From the human T2T-CHM13v2.0 reference genome, Homo sapiens, in the NCBI RefSeq assembly GCF_009914755.1, contig NC_060935.1: DNA of 64,000 nucleotides; one strand, written 5' to 3'. Under the pieces are notes generated by a model. That model had not been told where the DNA came from. It searched no databases and saw nothing but the letters and a program-made list of their open reading frames with translations. Below are positions 14,005 to 26,709 of this stretch, piece after piece. Each line of letters opens with the position of its first letter. The stretch's first letter is position 1. Position numbers and translations under genes: made by a program.

Positions 14005-14045
14005 GGACAGATGGATGGATGGATGGATGGACGGACGGACGGACG
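14005..14045. repeat. (GGAT)n(GGAC)n microsatellite at the tail of an L2 fragment (about 13860-13975)
   Basis: Direct observation. Confidence 0.8.
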
Positions 14046-14622
14046 AGTTTCTAACATGCTTAACCTTTTCTCAGAGAATAAGCTAGTTACCTGAGTGAGG
14101 ACTTACTACTTATTTAAAAGCTCCCATATTTATCAGTTAAAAAAAAAAAAAAAAAAAAAAACCAAAAAAAAAAACCCTCTGCCTCTTGTCTGAATTCCGA
14201 GTTGGCCTCAGTTCCTCCACCCAGCCCCCCAGTTAAATGTGTTTCTCAGCTTCCCTCTGTGGCCCCAGCTGGAGGGCAGACACACCCTGGCCTTCATTTC
14301 CATTTGGTTTATTGTGGATTACTCCAGGAGGCAAACAGTTTGCTTCCAGCAGCATGTCTTCCAATAAAGAAAGGAAAGATTCACCATCCAAGAAACAGCC
14401 TACTTGTTTGGACTAAACACTAATTGCACTTGCGTCCTAATGGTTCAGTCCAGTCCCTGAAAATCAGGACCTCCTTTCACTTCCAGCATTATCTTATCTT
14501 GGGTGCATTTCTTAAACACCAGTAACTTTCTCATTATCAGGAATGCTCATCAGTGTTTCTGTATTTTTCTAAAGCATAGTTTTCTCTTCTCCTCCCAACC
14601 CCTTTCCCCACCCCCATTTCAG

Positions 14623-14681
14623 AAACGAGAAGGAATCCTCCAGTCTCGGCAAATCCAAGAGGAAATAACTGGTAACACAGA
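14623..14681 (+). CDS. PARVA: Alpha-parvin coding exon (exon 7, 59 nt)
   Basis: cccccatttcag|AAACGA...ACAGA|gtatgt. Translates KREGILQSRQIQEEITGNT(E). Confidence 0.96.
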
Positions 14682-15339
14682 GTATGTCAACACCATTGTT
14701 GCCAGCGATTCTGTAATGGAACACAGATGTTTCTCTGAAATTCATCCATTTGCTGATATTTAGTTTTCATTTATTGGGATTGCAGGAGGGATTAGACTTC
14801 AGCCAATGATTATAGTTTAGCCTTTTCCATGCATTCAAAACATGCCTCTCAATGCTTAAGGTACAAACTTGGGTGGGGAAGTAGGGAGACGGAATTAGCA
14901 GTGATTGAAAAATTCTAATTTTGTGCCACTCCAGGAAAAAGTGTGCCCAAAAAAAGCCAACCCAGCATGAAATCGTCATGCCATAAACACTGGGTTGCAT
15001 TTAAATTGTTAACCTTCAAAAGGACGTTTTTCTTCCTTTTCTGAATCTGATTTGGGCATGTGCCATGACCCAGAAAGCCTCTCTACCTTAGATTTGTCTT
15101 TTGGTTTGGGGTGGTTTTTTTTTTTTTTTTTTCATTTATTTTTAGAAATTGGGATATCAGAACCTATCAAAATTTTGCCCTGGGGAACAGGAGTTTTCTC
15201 CTCAAGCAGAAAAAAAATTCATAGTGTGGGGTGAGTTTGTGATCCCGAGAACTGCACCCTGGCCCCATGCAAAGTCAGGCAGTTAGCTTTCAGCATTCCC
15301 TGCTCCCCAGACTTTTCTCTGAGTCCCCCTTGAACAAGA

Positions 15340-15460
15340 GCAGCATAGTGCAAAGAGCAGAGGCTGCTAAGCCAACCCAACTTGAGTTCAAATACAGGCT
15401 CTGCCACTTACTCACCAGGTGAGTCCCTTAACCTCTCTGACCTCAGTTGCCCCACCCAGA
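15340..15460. mobile_element. MIR fragment
   Basis: gagttcaaatacaggctctgccacttact...cttaacctctctgacctcagtt. Confidence 0.7.
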
Positions 15461-16554
15461 GAGGTAGGAAAGATTTACTGTGGTCACAGCTGTGACTTCG
15501 TTCCCTTGCCCTCTGTAGCTGCTGTTCCATCTTTTCTCCAGCACAGCTGACCCGTACCTGCCAAGCCCATCCAGTCTCTAGGAGGTTCCTGCCCTCTGCC
15601 CAGCCATGGCTGACAGGAGTCTGGGGCACTGCCCGTCTAGATCACATTGTGTACATGGCTTAACAAGGACTAAGGGGCGTGGGCATTCCAGGCCGAGACT
15701 AGGGGCCAGAGATGTAAAGTGGCCTTTCCCAAGATGCCCTGTTTATGGCCTATAGAGACCCCATCAAGCAGCCTCTGTATCACCTCAGAGGCCAGTCTTG
15801 GTAGCTGAAGGGTCAACTGATCTATAGGGCACACCTTGGCCTTGGTTCTGTGAGGGATGGGAGGAGCCAGGCCTGTTGGGAAAGGAGAATTCCTCACTGT
15901 CCCACCGCCCACCACCCCTCCCCTATGCTGGGCTTGCCTGTGCCCACTATTTCACCTCTGGGAAAGAAGACGACAGAGCAGAGAGGAGCATGGCCTGGGA
16001 GAAACTCCCAAACCAGGGAGTGTGAAGTTTCAGATTATTGAACAATCTCTCGGATGCATGTTATGCTTTCTATGGTCCCTCTCTCTGCCACAAAGACATA
16101 AACATGGATGCAATGTCCTAATAATGACAACACAGTACAATTTATGGGACACTTTCCTATCTATTGATATTGATAGTAAACACATGAAGCCATGATTACA
16201 CCCCCTAAAACCCCACAGCCCAAGGGTGAGGAAGGAGACTGTGCCCTTGGTTTATCCAGCACTTAACTCCAAGTTCATTATTCTTTCCAGTGCACTACTT
16301 GCAAGTGCTCACTTAGTGGGTGACAGGTGTGCTGATGGATAAACCAATATAATAATCATTATGAGAACCAAAAGTGTATTTGGAAAAAAGTGTTTTGAGC
16401 ATTTACTACATACTAGGAATTATGCTAAAATATTTCTAGATATTAAATCATTTAATAATCACAACATCTGATTTAAGTATTTACCATAATTATCTTCATT
16501 TTAGAGATGAGAGACCTGGTGCCCAGAAAGGTTCATTAGCTTGCCCAAAGTCAC

Positions 16555-16907
16555 TGTATGAGTTTTTTTTCCACACTTCTGATAAAGACATACCCGAAAC
16601 TGGGAATGAAAAATGGTTTAACTGGACTTACAGTTCCACATGGCCGGGGAGGCCTCAGAATCATGGCAGGAGGCAAAAGGCTCTTCTTACATGGTGGTGG
16701 CAGAGAAAATGAGGAAGAAGCAAAAGAGGAAATCCTGATAAACCCATGGGATCTCATGAGAATTATTCATTATCATGAGAATAGTATGGGAAAGACCAGT
16801 CCCCATGATTCAATTACCTCCCCCTGGGTCCCTCCCACAACACGTAGGAATTCTGGGAGATACAGTTCAAGTTGAGATTTGGGGAGGGACACAGCCAAAC
16901 CATATCA
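16555..16907 (-). mobile_element. THE1 (THE1A-like) MaLR solo LTR with 5-bp TSD GTCAC
   Basis: Reverse complement begins tgatatggtttggctgtgtccc...caaatctcaacttgaa. GTCAC at 16550-16554 and 16908-16912. Confidence 0.92.
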
Positions 16908-17542
16908 GTCACACAGCAAAAAAATCACTCAGTGCAATTTAAACCTCAATGATGTGTCTTTAAAGCTTGTGCTCTTGATACTATGCTGCTTCTCTGCTAT
17001 GAGTGTGGTTCCAGTTCCTGCACTCTTTGAGAAAACCTACCCTGGGTCAATGGCAGGTACATCTTGGTGGGTACTACAGGGTGGACAGGAGAGAGACAAA
17101 GCTGACCTGCCCACAGCAACCTAGGCAGTAAAATTCTGCATTGAGGGGTTGCTTGAGCTCACTCGTAAGAATTCTAAGATTTTCTGGTTGGAAATCTTCA
17201 GCCCCTGAGTCCAATATTCTTTAACTGCAGGCAATAATATGACTTTATTTAAGGCAAAAAGTGATCCTTTAGGCATCACTATGCCAGGCTTTGCATTACA
17301 CCACTATATGGGTGTAACTGGGGGGAAAATGGGTGGTAATGTGGTAAAGTCTCAATAATTGGAGGCCGTGCAGAATAAAATGCCAATGGAAGGAGGCTTT
17401 TTGAGCTCCTCAACCAAGGGCAGGTGGGTGGCAGGCAGCATGGGGTGGGCTTCCAGCAGTGATGGAGTGTCCTTTCAGAGGACTGGCCTCTTATAAGGGA
17501 CAAGAGAAGAGTCACACTATTTTCTTTCTCTTTTTCCTCCAG

Positions 17543-17562
17543 GGCTCTTTCCGGGAGGCATG
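17543..17562 (+). CDS. PARVA: Alpha-parvin 20-nt coding microexon (exon 8)
   Basis: Long pyrimidine tract ...tttttcctccag|GGCTCTTTCCGGGAGGCATG|gtaagt. Supplies (E)ALSGRH(E) and is required to keep frame between exons 7 and 9. Confidence 0.95.
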
Positions 17563-19327
17563 GTAAGTCACATAAGATTGTCCTCTGGCACTGGTGGCTG
17601 CACTGGGGCTTTAGTTAATTCCGCAGCAGCTGGGAGGAACAGGCTCTCAGCTTGTCACCTGGATATACGTCTTCACCAGCCTGGGTGACATGGCCAATTG
17701 GGTTGGGAGGGACAGCTTACTGGCGGGAAGAAGACTACCTACACCTGCACAGTTGTCTTGAAAGTTATCAGGCCATCATTGACCTTGCCATTTACAAAGC
17801 ACTTTTGTAGCTATTGATGTTCACAGTAAACACATGAAGCCACGATTACACCCCCTGGGACCCCACAGCCCAAGGGTGAAGGAGGAGATTATGATCTTGG
17901 TTTATCCAGCACTTAACTCCGAGTTTATTATTCTTGCCAGTGCACTACTTGCAAGTGCTTATTTAGTGGGTGATAGGTGTGCAGATGGATAAACAACAAT
18001 CAAAAAGAACCAAAAGTGTCCTCAGAAAAAAACGTTTTGAGCATTTACTATGTCCTAGGAAGTATGCTAAAATATTTCTAGGTATTAAATCATCTAATGC
18101 TCATAACATCCCACTGAAATATTTACTGTAATTATCCTCATTTTAGAGATGAGAGACCTGTAGCCCAGAAAGATTCATTAGCTTGCCCGAGGTGTCTGGA
18201 TGGGTCCTGGGCATTTTCAGGGCAGTTCTGCTCTAATTGTCTCGTGGAAATAAAGGAAGACATGCATGAACACAAGGACTGTCCCCTGTCCCCACTCTGT
18301 CCTTCTAGAGACTGTCTTCTCTTTCTTCCCTCATCACAGCTCTTATCTCTTCCATTTATCACGACTGGGTTTGTTTGTTTATGAAGTCCATGAATGTTAG
18401 GGATCACCATCCCCTTCCTGGTAGTCTCAGATTTACCCACTGGTGCCAGAGTTGGAAAAGGCAGGCCTCAGGGCCTCGCACCCTCCCAGCCCCAGGTTCA
18501 CCTTGGAGACCCTTCTCCTTTCCTGAGTCAGATCCCTTCCACTGTGTCACCTCTCAGTTCTGAGAACACGGAGGCTGCAGCAAGGAGAATCCCTGCAGGG
18601 AGCATGGCTTTGCTATTTTCTATGATCCTGATATTTACTGTGGGTAATATTTTGAAATATTTCAATCATGCTAAAAATTATTCACTTCAGGAGAACATGT
18701 CAGAGTTTACAGAGCACGCACATGCTTGTTCTCACACTTCATCCTCATGACAAACCTGAGGGAGGGTTATTTTTAAAATGACATTTTATAGAAGAGGAAA
18801 CTAAGGCACAAAGAGTTGAAGTGGCCTAGATCACTTAAGAGGAAGAGCTCATATCCCATCCTGGAGCTCCCTGGCTCCCAGCCCTCTTCTCTGTGCCCTC
18901 TGCCAGCTTGTTTGTCATGGGTCTCCTGTTTTTGAAAATTGGGGGGTGAAATTATTTAATATTTGGATAACATTCTCCCTCTACAGAGGTTCAGAAACAC
19001 CTGAACAATAGCTACGTTAGGATATAATGGAATACAATGAAGGGAAATGACTAATCCCGGGTCACACTACCTAAAAGAGCCCTGAGCCTGCCCCAATCCA
19101 ATAATGTACACATGCACGGACACAGACACAGGCTCCCAGGGTGAGAATCACCCCAAATCTTAGCCCCAAATCACATTCCAGAGTTCCCGGCACAGTCTAT
19201 ACCCCAGAGGCTTCCCATCGGTAGTTGACCTTGTGACCTTGAGAGGCGCGTGGCTCTGGGACCCAAGGTGGGCTTCCCTGCCAGGGATCGGCTCTTGTGC
19301 TCCACATTGTGTTTCCCTCTTTTTCAG

Positions 19328-19389
19328 AACGTGATGCCTTTGACACCTTGTTCGACCATGCCCCAGACAAGCTGAATGTGGTGAAAAAG
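19328..19389 (+). CDS. PARVA: Alpha-parvin coding exon (exon 9, 62 nt)
   Basis: ctctttttcag|AACGT...AAAAAG|gtggga. Translates (E)RDAFDTLFDHAPDKLNVVKK. Confidence 0.96.
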
Positions 19390-20025
19390 GTGGGAAAGGG
19401 GTGCCTGGGATGGACAGAGGGAAGCGAGATGCAACAGAACATTGGGAAAACCCATCCCTGCAGCTTGCGAGCTTCCTGCCAGAACTGGTGGCATCACCTA
19501 ACCTCTGCACACACAGGGCTTTCCCCCTTGCCATCCATGTACCTGTCTGTTCCTCACTGGATGTTGCACCTGGGCCTTTTCCCCTCCATCAGCATGAACA
19601 GCCTGTCTTCCCACCCAGGCTAACCCCAGCAATCTCAGCCTTCCCCACTCCTCACAGAATTCCCTGTCTCCCTGGCCTAGGCACCTGTGCCGAAGAAGGG
19701 ACAGGAAGGAGAGATCCAGTGGAATCATTTTATTTCAGTTCCCCCACCCAGACACTGGCTCAGACACTCCACCTATCATTCTGCCTCTTGGGACCTCCTT
19801 GTTCCTTACACGCCCTGAGTTGTATGGGACTGCAAAGTCGAGCCTGTGGCCCTCCCTGTGCACTCAATGGCCTTTGCAGAGAGAGCTCCTGGGCCCGGGG
19901 CTCTTGGCTGGGCCTGATCCTCTGCTTTCACCCTCACCCTTGCCCTCACGGGAGGCACGGAGCAGCCACAGGCTCCTGCACTAGTGCGAGTCCCCAGCTT
20001 AGGGCCTGCTTTGCTTCTCTTTTAG

Positions 20026-20094
20026 ACACTCATCACTTTCGTGAACAAGCACCTGAATAAACTGAACCTGGAGGTCACAGAACTGGAAACCCAG
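20026..20094 (+). CDS. PARVA: Alpha-parvin coding exon (exon 10, 69 nt), CH2 domain
   Basis: ttctcttttag|ACACTC...ACCCAG|gtgggt. Translates TLITFVNKHLNKLNLEVTELETQ. Confidence 0.96.
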
Positions 20095-20467
20095 GTGGGT
20101 GACAGACCCCAGCACAGGTAGAGGCAGGGCCCTGCCCTACAGCCCCTGTTCCAAGTGGCCCACCACACTTGGCCAGGAGGGCTTTCCCAGCTGAGGGGGA
20201 TGAGGGCATGGGAATCTGTCCTACTCTGAGGGGTGGACTGAGTCTCTGTGGATTTTTTCCAACTTTTTATTATGAAAATTACAAGAATGAATACTCATAT
20301 ACCCTTCACTGGGATGCACCGATTGTTAATATTTGGCCACACCTCTCTCTCTTTCTCTGCACCCCTAAATGCTTGAGCATATGTCTCTCAAGAACAAGCA
20401 CATTCTCTTAGGTAACCACAACACAATTATCAAAGGCAGGCAGTTTTAACATAATACATTAATCTGT

Positions 20468-20856
<389 letters not shown>

Positions 20857-21872
20857 AAAAAACACTCTGTTCAGATTTTGCCAGTTGTCCAGTTTGCTCA
20901 CATGCTGCATTTACTTGTCATGTCTCTTTAGTCTCTTTTTAACGTAGAACAACTCCTCGGCCTTTCTTGTTGTGGCACTGACACTTTTTGAAGTGTTCAG
21001 GCCAGTTGGTTTATAGACTGTCTTTTCTGCACATATTAGATTCAGGTCATGCATTTTCATTAACAGCACGTCCCAAGTAAGGCTGTGTTCTTCCCGGGGC
21101 ATCCCAGGAGGAGGCACTCTGTCCATTAGTCCCACTGCTAGTGATAACTTGGATTATTTGGTTAGGATGGTGTTCACCGGATTTCCCTATTATAAAGTTA
21201 TTTTTCCTCTCTTTATACTTAACTAATCTTTATTGGGGAGATATTTTGAGCCTGATGAATCCTGTTTCCCCACCTCCTTTCATTCTTGGTGAGCTTCTGC
21301 CTTATACTTCTCTTTCAGTCATCTGGGTACCTCCTTTTATTTTAAAGACAAATGCCAGCCTGTCGCTGAGCTCCACCTGAGTGTGTCTAGACTGTGTGAA
21401 ATGAGCTTCATGTACTCTTGTAGGAAATAAGGAATGTTCTGGAAAAGTGACGCTTCCTTGAGTGAGCTAGAATGGGCCCTGGAATGATCAGCTCCGTTTT
21501 CAAGGGCAGGGAGTGCTATGACAGGGGTCACTGCCAAGCACTTTGGGTCTCTACAGTTTTATCTACTATTCCTACCAAGTCAGTGGAACCAGCCATGGGA
21601 GGTGAGGAGCAGTCTAAGCCTGGCACTCAGAGCTGTGAATGACCCCAACCCTAACCCAAGGTCACCCCTGAGCTCACAGATTGGATTCTTTTACTCCTAA
21701 CTCCTTCTCACCACAGCTTGAATGAAGCCCAGTTGCTCAGCTCCCACCAGAAGGGCCTTGATTTTGACAGACTCTGGGGTCTGCTCTCCCGTGTCCACCT
21801 AGGGTGAGTCATGCTCAGGCCGTTCCCACCTGAGTTGCAGGCCTGATGGATAGAAGCTGGGAGGAGCTACCC

Positions 21873-22168
21873 TTTTGTTTTTGAGACAGGGTCTTACTCC
21901 TGTCATGCAGGCTAGAGTGCAGTGGCACGATCACGGCTTACTGCCTCCTCAACTTCCCAGGCTCAGGTGATCCTCCCACCCCAGTCTCCTGAGCAGCTGG
22001 GACTACAGGCATGCACCACCATACCCGGTTAATTTTTTTGTATTTTTAGTACAGACAGGGTTTCACCATGTTGCCCAGGCCAGTCTGGAACTCCTGAGCT
22101 CAAGCGATCCGCCTGCCTCAGCCTCCCAAAGTGCTGCGATTACAGGCATGAGCCACCGCACTCGGCCA
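21873..22168 (-). mobile_element. AluJ, antisense
   Basis: Full dimer with J-type diagnostics (ctcaggtgatcctcccacc, ctcaagcgatcc). Confidence 0.9.
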
Positions 22169-22724
22169 GAAGCTGCCTTTAAGGCAAGCGCAAGCTCAGG
22201 GTCTTGTGCCCTTAATGACGGCTGAGCCGCAGGCCGGCTAGCTGGCTACCTGGAAAGCTCTCTGAGCAGACTCTGGGCTCCTAAGGTGATTCCAAGAAAT
22301 GTGGCCTTCTCTAAACCCCAGCAGCTATATACACTCATAAACATTTGGTGGCCCAGCCTCCTTTGAAAGGGTTCTAGAATGTCGGATGTGCATCTGACCT
22401 CTATGTCTTTGCTAGGCCATCCCCCCTACCTGGAACCCCCTCCTACTCCCAAGGTCCATCATCCCCGGCCTCCACAAGCCTGTCCTGAGCCCTCAGTGTA
22501 TGCTCACTTCACCCAGCCCTAAGCAGAAGACCAGCAGCCTCCGCACTTAGCTGAGGGACTCTCCTGTCCCTTGGGCCTGGTTTCCCAACCCATCTGGCCT
22601 CTTCTGCCTAGGAAGGGACCGGGCTGCAAGCCTCCTGCCAGGGCCCTCAGCACATAGTTCTGCTTTTGCCAGCAAGAGCAAGTAAGTCATGTCCTGATTG
22701 CTTTGTTGTTTTCCCAGACAGTAA

Positions 22725-22985
22725 TAGCAACATTTAATATTTATTCAATGCTACATGCCTAGCAGTTTACAGGCCCTCTCTGCATATTTAACTGGCTTAG
22801 TCCTCACGATAACTCTGTGACATAGATACTATTCTATTACCATCCCTGTTTTACAGATAAGACATATGAGTACAGAGAAGTGACATAACTTGCCCAAGGC
22901 ATATAGCTAGTAGGTGAGAGAGCTGGAATTTGCACCTGGGAGGCCTGGCCCCAGAGCCCACATTCATAACAGCTGCACTCTGCTG
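22725..22985. mobile_element. MIR
   Basis: Core ttttacagat...agagaagtgacataacttgcccaagg. Confidence 0.7.
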
Positions 22986-23651
22986 CTGTAATACTGAAGA
23001 GAGATGGGAGAAAGAATGCCCAGCCCTGTGTGACACTAGTCCTTTCTCTGTTCAGAAAGCACAGATCTCCCCAGGAACCTCATGCCATTCACCTTGGACA
23101 TCACCTCCCCCTCCTCCCTCTGTCCCACTCTAGCCAATCCTGCTCATCCTCAGCTCTCCACTCAGGCTCTGTCCCCTCCAGAAGACTCCTCTGATGCCTT
23201 CAGTGCTTGTGGGCGACCTTTCTCAACCTCACTCAGGCCAGCGAGCTTCCTTCCATCAGAGCAGCTGTGCCTTGCCCCCACACCAGTTTCCCTATTAGAC
23301 TGTGTACTCCTCCAGGGCAGGAGCCACACTGACCACCCCCCACCCCCACCCCCCACCCCCCACCCCCCACCATGCTCTGGTCCCCATGCCTAGACCAGGA
23401 GTTGGTACACAGCCTCTGTTCAGTAAATGCTGGGTCAGCTGAGATCAGGGCCTGGGCTTGTGGCTCCTGTGCCAGCCAGACGTGGGGCAGAGCAGACCTC
23501 CTTGTCTCGGGCCACTGCCCCTACCCCCGAGCTAGCAGCCTGGCTGGGGTGGTAGGCTTCAGGTGGCATAGCACAGAAGTTGATGGGCCCCCTGGATGGG
23601 GATTGGCTGGGAGGCTCAGGGGCCAGTGCCATCACCTGGCTCTTCCTCCAG

Positions 23652-23753
23652 TTTGCAGATGGGGTGTACCTGGTGCTGCTCATGGGGCTCCTGGAGGGCT
23701 ACTTTGTGCCCCTGCACAGCTTCTTCCTGACCCCGGACAGCTTTGAACAGAAG
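23652..23753 (+). CDS. PARVA: Alpha-parvin coding exon (exon 11, 102 nt), CH2 domain
   Basis: tcttcctccag|TTTGCA...CAGAAG|gtaagg. Translates FADGVYLVLLMGLLEGYFVPLHSFFLTPDSFEQK. Confidence 0.97.
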
Positions 23754-24486
23754 GTAAGGAGAAGGGACATCAAGGGAGGCCCCCTAGCCCACATCCCCTG
23801 ACTCATGTGCCCACACCCATGCTGGGGCTATCCAGAAAAAAGGCAGAAGCTTCCCCTCTGCTCAACGTCTTCAGTGCCTGGAGGTGGGACCCATTATAAG
23901 AGCTGAGCTGGGAAGGAGCTACCTGCAGACCACTGGGCATCCCTGACTGCCTTTCCCTTGCCCTGAAGCCTGGCCCGGGTCCCCTGCCCTGTGTCCCTGT
24001 CAAGTGCCCCAGCCCAGCCTCCTCTCTCCCCAGAGATGACAAGGAAAGTGACTGTGAAGCTGGTCAGCCCTGAGGCTCATGCTTAGCCTGGTTCTGATGG
24101 CCTCTCGTAGGCTGCCACATCCTGCTCGCTACACAAAGGCATTTGACCAGAAAGCCTGCTCTGCCTGTTGAACATGTCCTGCCATCTGATTCTTCCAGAC
24201 GTGTGCACTGACACCCCCAATTTGAAGTCCTGGCAGTTTACACAGGAACACAGTAGGATATGAAGGGAGTTTTGTGCTTCTCCAGGAGTGCTTCTCCCAA
24301 CAGCAAGCTAGGATCAGCTAGCTCACGCTCCAGGTGGCCTGCCCATTTTGGTAGCCATATTTCTCCTTGAAATTAGTTCAGCCTCTGTCCCTCTGGCTAC
24401 AGTGCTGGGCTCCTTCACTTCCCAGGGCCAGGTCCTGGGGCTCCTGGGTGTGCAATGGTACATGCTGTCTGCATCTCTCTTGCCAG

Positions 24487-24559
24487 GTCTTGAATGTCTC
24501 CTTTGCCTTTGAGCTCATGCAAGATGGAGGGTTGGAAAAGCCAAAACCGCGGCCAGAAG
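24487..24559 (+). CDS. PARVA: Alpha-parvin coding exon (exon 12, 73 nt), CH2 domain
   Basis: ctctcttgccag|GTCTTG...CCAGAAG|gtactt. Translates VLNVSFAFELMQDGGLEKPKPRPE. Confidence 0.96.
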
Positions 24560-26709
24560 GTACTTTGCTCTTTCCTGGGTTTGTGACAACAGAGTGAGAC
24601 CCTCTCCCTGCACATGAGTACTCAGATTTTGTAGCAGAGGGAAGCATTTTCTGAAGCCTTCGTTGCTGGGGAAGGTGGGACTCGGTGCAGCTGCTCAGTC
24701 CCAGAGACCCTTTGTGAGCTGCCAGCTGCACAGCCAGGGGAAGAAAAGAATCTGAAATCCCACACATGCCATGCGTGGGATCGCGGGGATCAGGGACCGA
24801 GCAGAACTGCTGCTGCAGGAACTGCCCTGTGCCCAATTTCCAGGTTTTCCTGTCCCTGCACAGGGTGCTGACCTGCCAAAGAGCTGTGTCCCCGCCAGTC
24901 GGGGTGAAGGTGCAGCGCAGACAGTTCTGGGCTGAGCAAAACTGCTTCTCTCCTTACAGATGCGGAGCTCTGCCTGCTCAGACTCTGTCTGAGGACAGGC
25001 CATGATTTGTGGGGTTTGGGTTGTAAATATAAGTCTGAGGGGAAATGCAGAAGGGACAAGTGCTTCTGCAGCCCTTGCATACTCCTGCTAGGAGTGCACA
25101 CGTGCATTCGTGAGCAGAGGAGGCACGCTTCTCTTAGTAGTCTTGGTACGGATGTTTGCTTTCTGCCCCTTACTGACTGAAGTATTCCATTTCACCAGAG
25201 CTGGCAGGTCACCACTGTGTTGCAGATAATCTCCTGCATATGTCCCCTGGGAACACTGAGAATGCCATCTGTGGCCCTTTTGCTCGCACTTTTCTGGTAG
25301 TTTATAGGCAAGTGGATGAGTAGGAATGGTGGGCTCTCATGCCCCCTTCCTGCCTCTGCTCTGAGCTCCTCTATCCAAACCCCCACCTAGTGGGGGCCAT
25401 GCCCTGGTCTAGTGGGCTTGAGACCCTGTAGACCATGATATAACAAGAGGGGTAAGACCTTCCTGAACCTCAAGGCACGTGTAGCCAACCAGGGAAGAGA
25501 AAAGTTGGAGCCAGTTAGCAAAATGAAATGACAGTCATGGGAACTGTTACGAAAGAGGTACAAGGAAGAGTCTGTGAGGACTGAGGAGGTGATACCACTT
25601 CTGTCTTGGGGGAGGAACAGTTTGATGGAGACAGTGGGGCTCAACCATAAGGACCAGGTAGGGCTTTGGTGTATGGAGACTGGGAGAGAAGTGTGTGCAT
25701 GCCAGACAGAATGACAGCATGAGCAAAAGTCCCCCCGGGGAAGAATGGGGACCCTGTCTCATGACTCCTTCCAGACTCGTTATCTATTGACTCTAGCCAA
25801 CAAAGGTCAACTCCTGTTCTCATTTATTACCACCTTGTCCTAAGCCCCTGGTCAACTGAGACCTGGGGGAGGACCTCTAGCAAGGCTGGTGTCCCCCTGG
25901 GGCTCTCTCTTTGGCAAGGCCACTCCAGCCTTCCTAATGCCATTAGGAATGGACTCTTCTTGTTCTGTGGGCAGATGATGAGCACCCTGCTTCTGGGAGG
26001 ACAGACACAGTGAGAAAGTTCCGACCATCATTTTGCTTCCACTTTCTTCAACCACTTAATATGAAACTTCCTGGTTACAGATTGGAAGTACTTCTGCTAT
26101 TTTAGAATTGGGATATTTCTTTCCCTTGGGACAGATAATTTTCCCAATATAAATCAATCTATGGGAATATTTTGGAATATAGGTGATATTTTTATGCAAT
26201 TATTAAGTTGCTGAATGTGAAACTAACAGACTGATGTGGATGGAAAAACACGTGTTTTATTTGTTATGACACAGGGCATTATGCCCATGCTGCAAATTTC
26301 CAGTACGTAAAGGGGAATGGAAATAGCATTTTATGAAATTGTACTTTGAAAGAAGTGAATCCCAGCATTCCGTCTGGTTTTTATGCTTCTACCTGGAAAG
26401 TGAGATTTGGAAGTAAATGATGCAGACATTTCAAAGGGTGCCAATGTGGGTAATTCTTTGAGGGCATTTCAAAATCAAACTGGTTGTGGTGGAGGCATTT
26501 TTCATGGCAACATGTTTTTAAGGTCAGGAAAATGCATTCTCTGCTGTGCTGTTTAACACTCAAAGCTCTGTTGTGCCTTGAAATCCCCTAGAAACTGGGT
26601 TTGTATCTGAGATGACTTGCTGCCCAGGCTTCATGACCGTTTAGTGCCTGAGTTAGTGTAAGCCAAGGGTTAGCATCAAGTTCCTAACCAGTGGAGCAGT
26701 CGAAATAAT

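Noticed and set aside
19297-20060. 108-aa and 219-aa ORFs around exons 9-10
   Set aside because: The first is exon 9 read through into the intron from a non-ATG start. The second is GC-rich intron sequence out of frame with exon 10 and has no recognisable homology.
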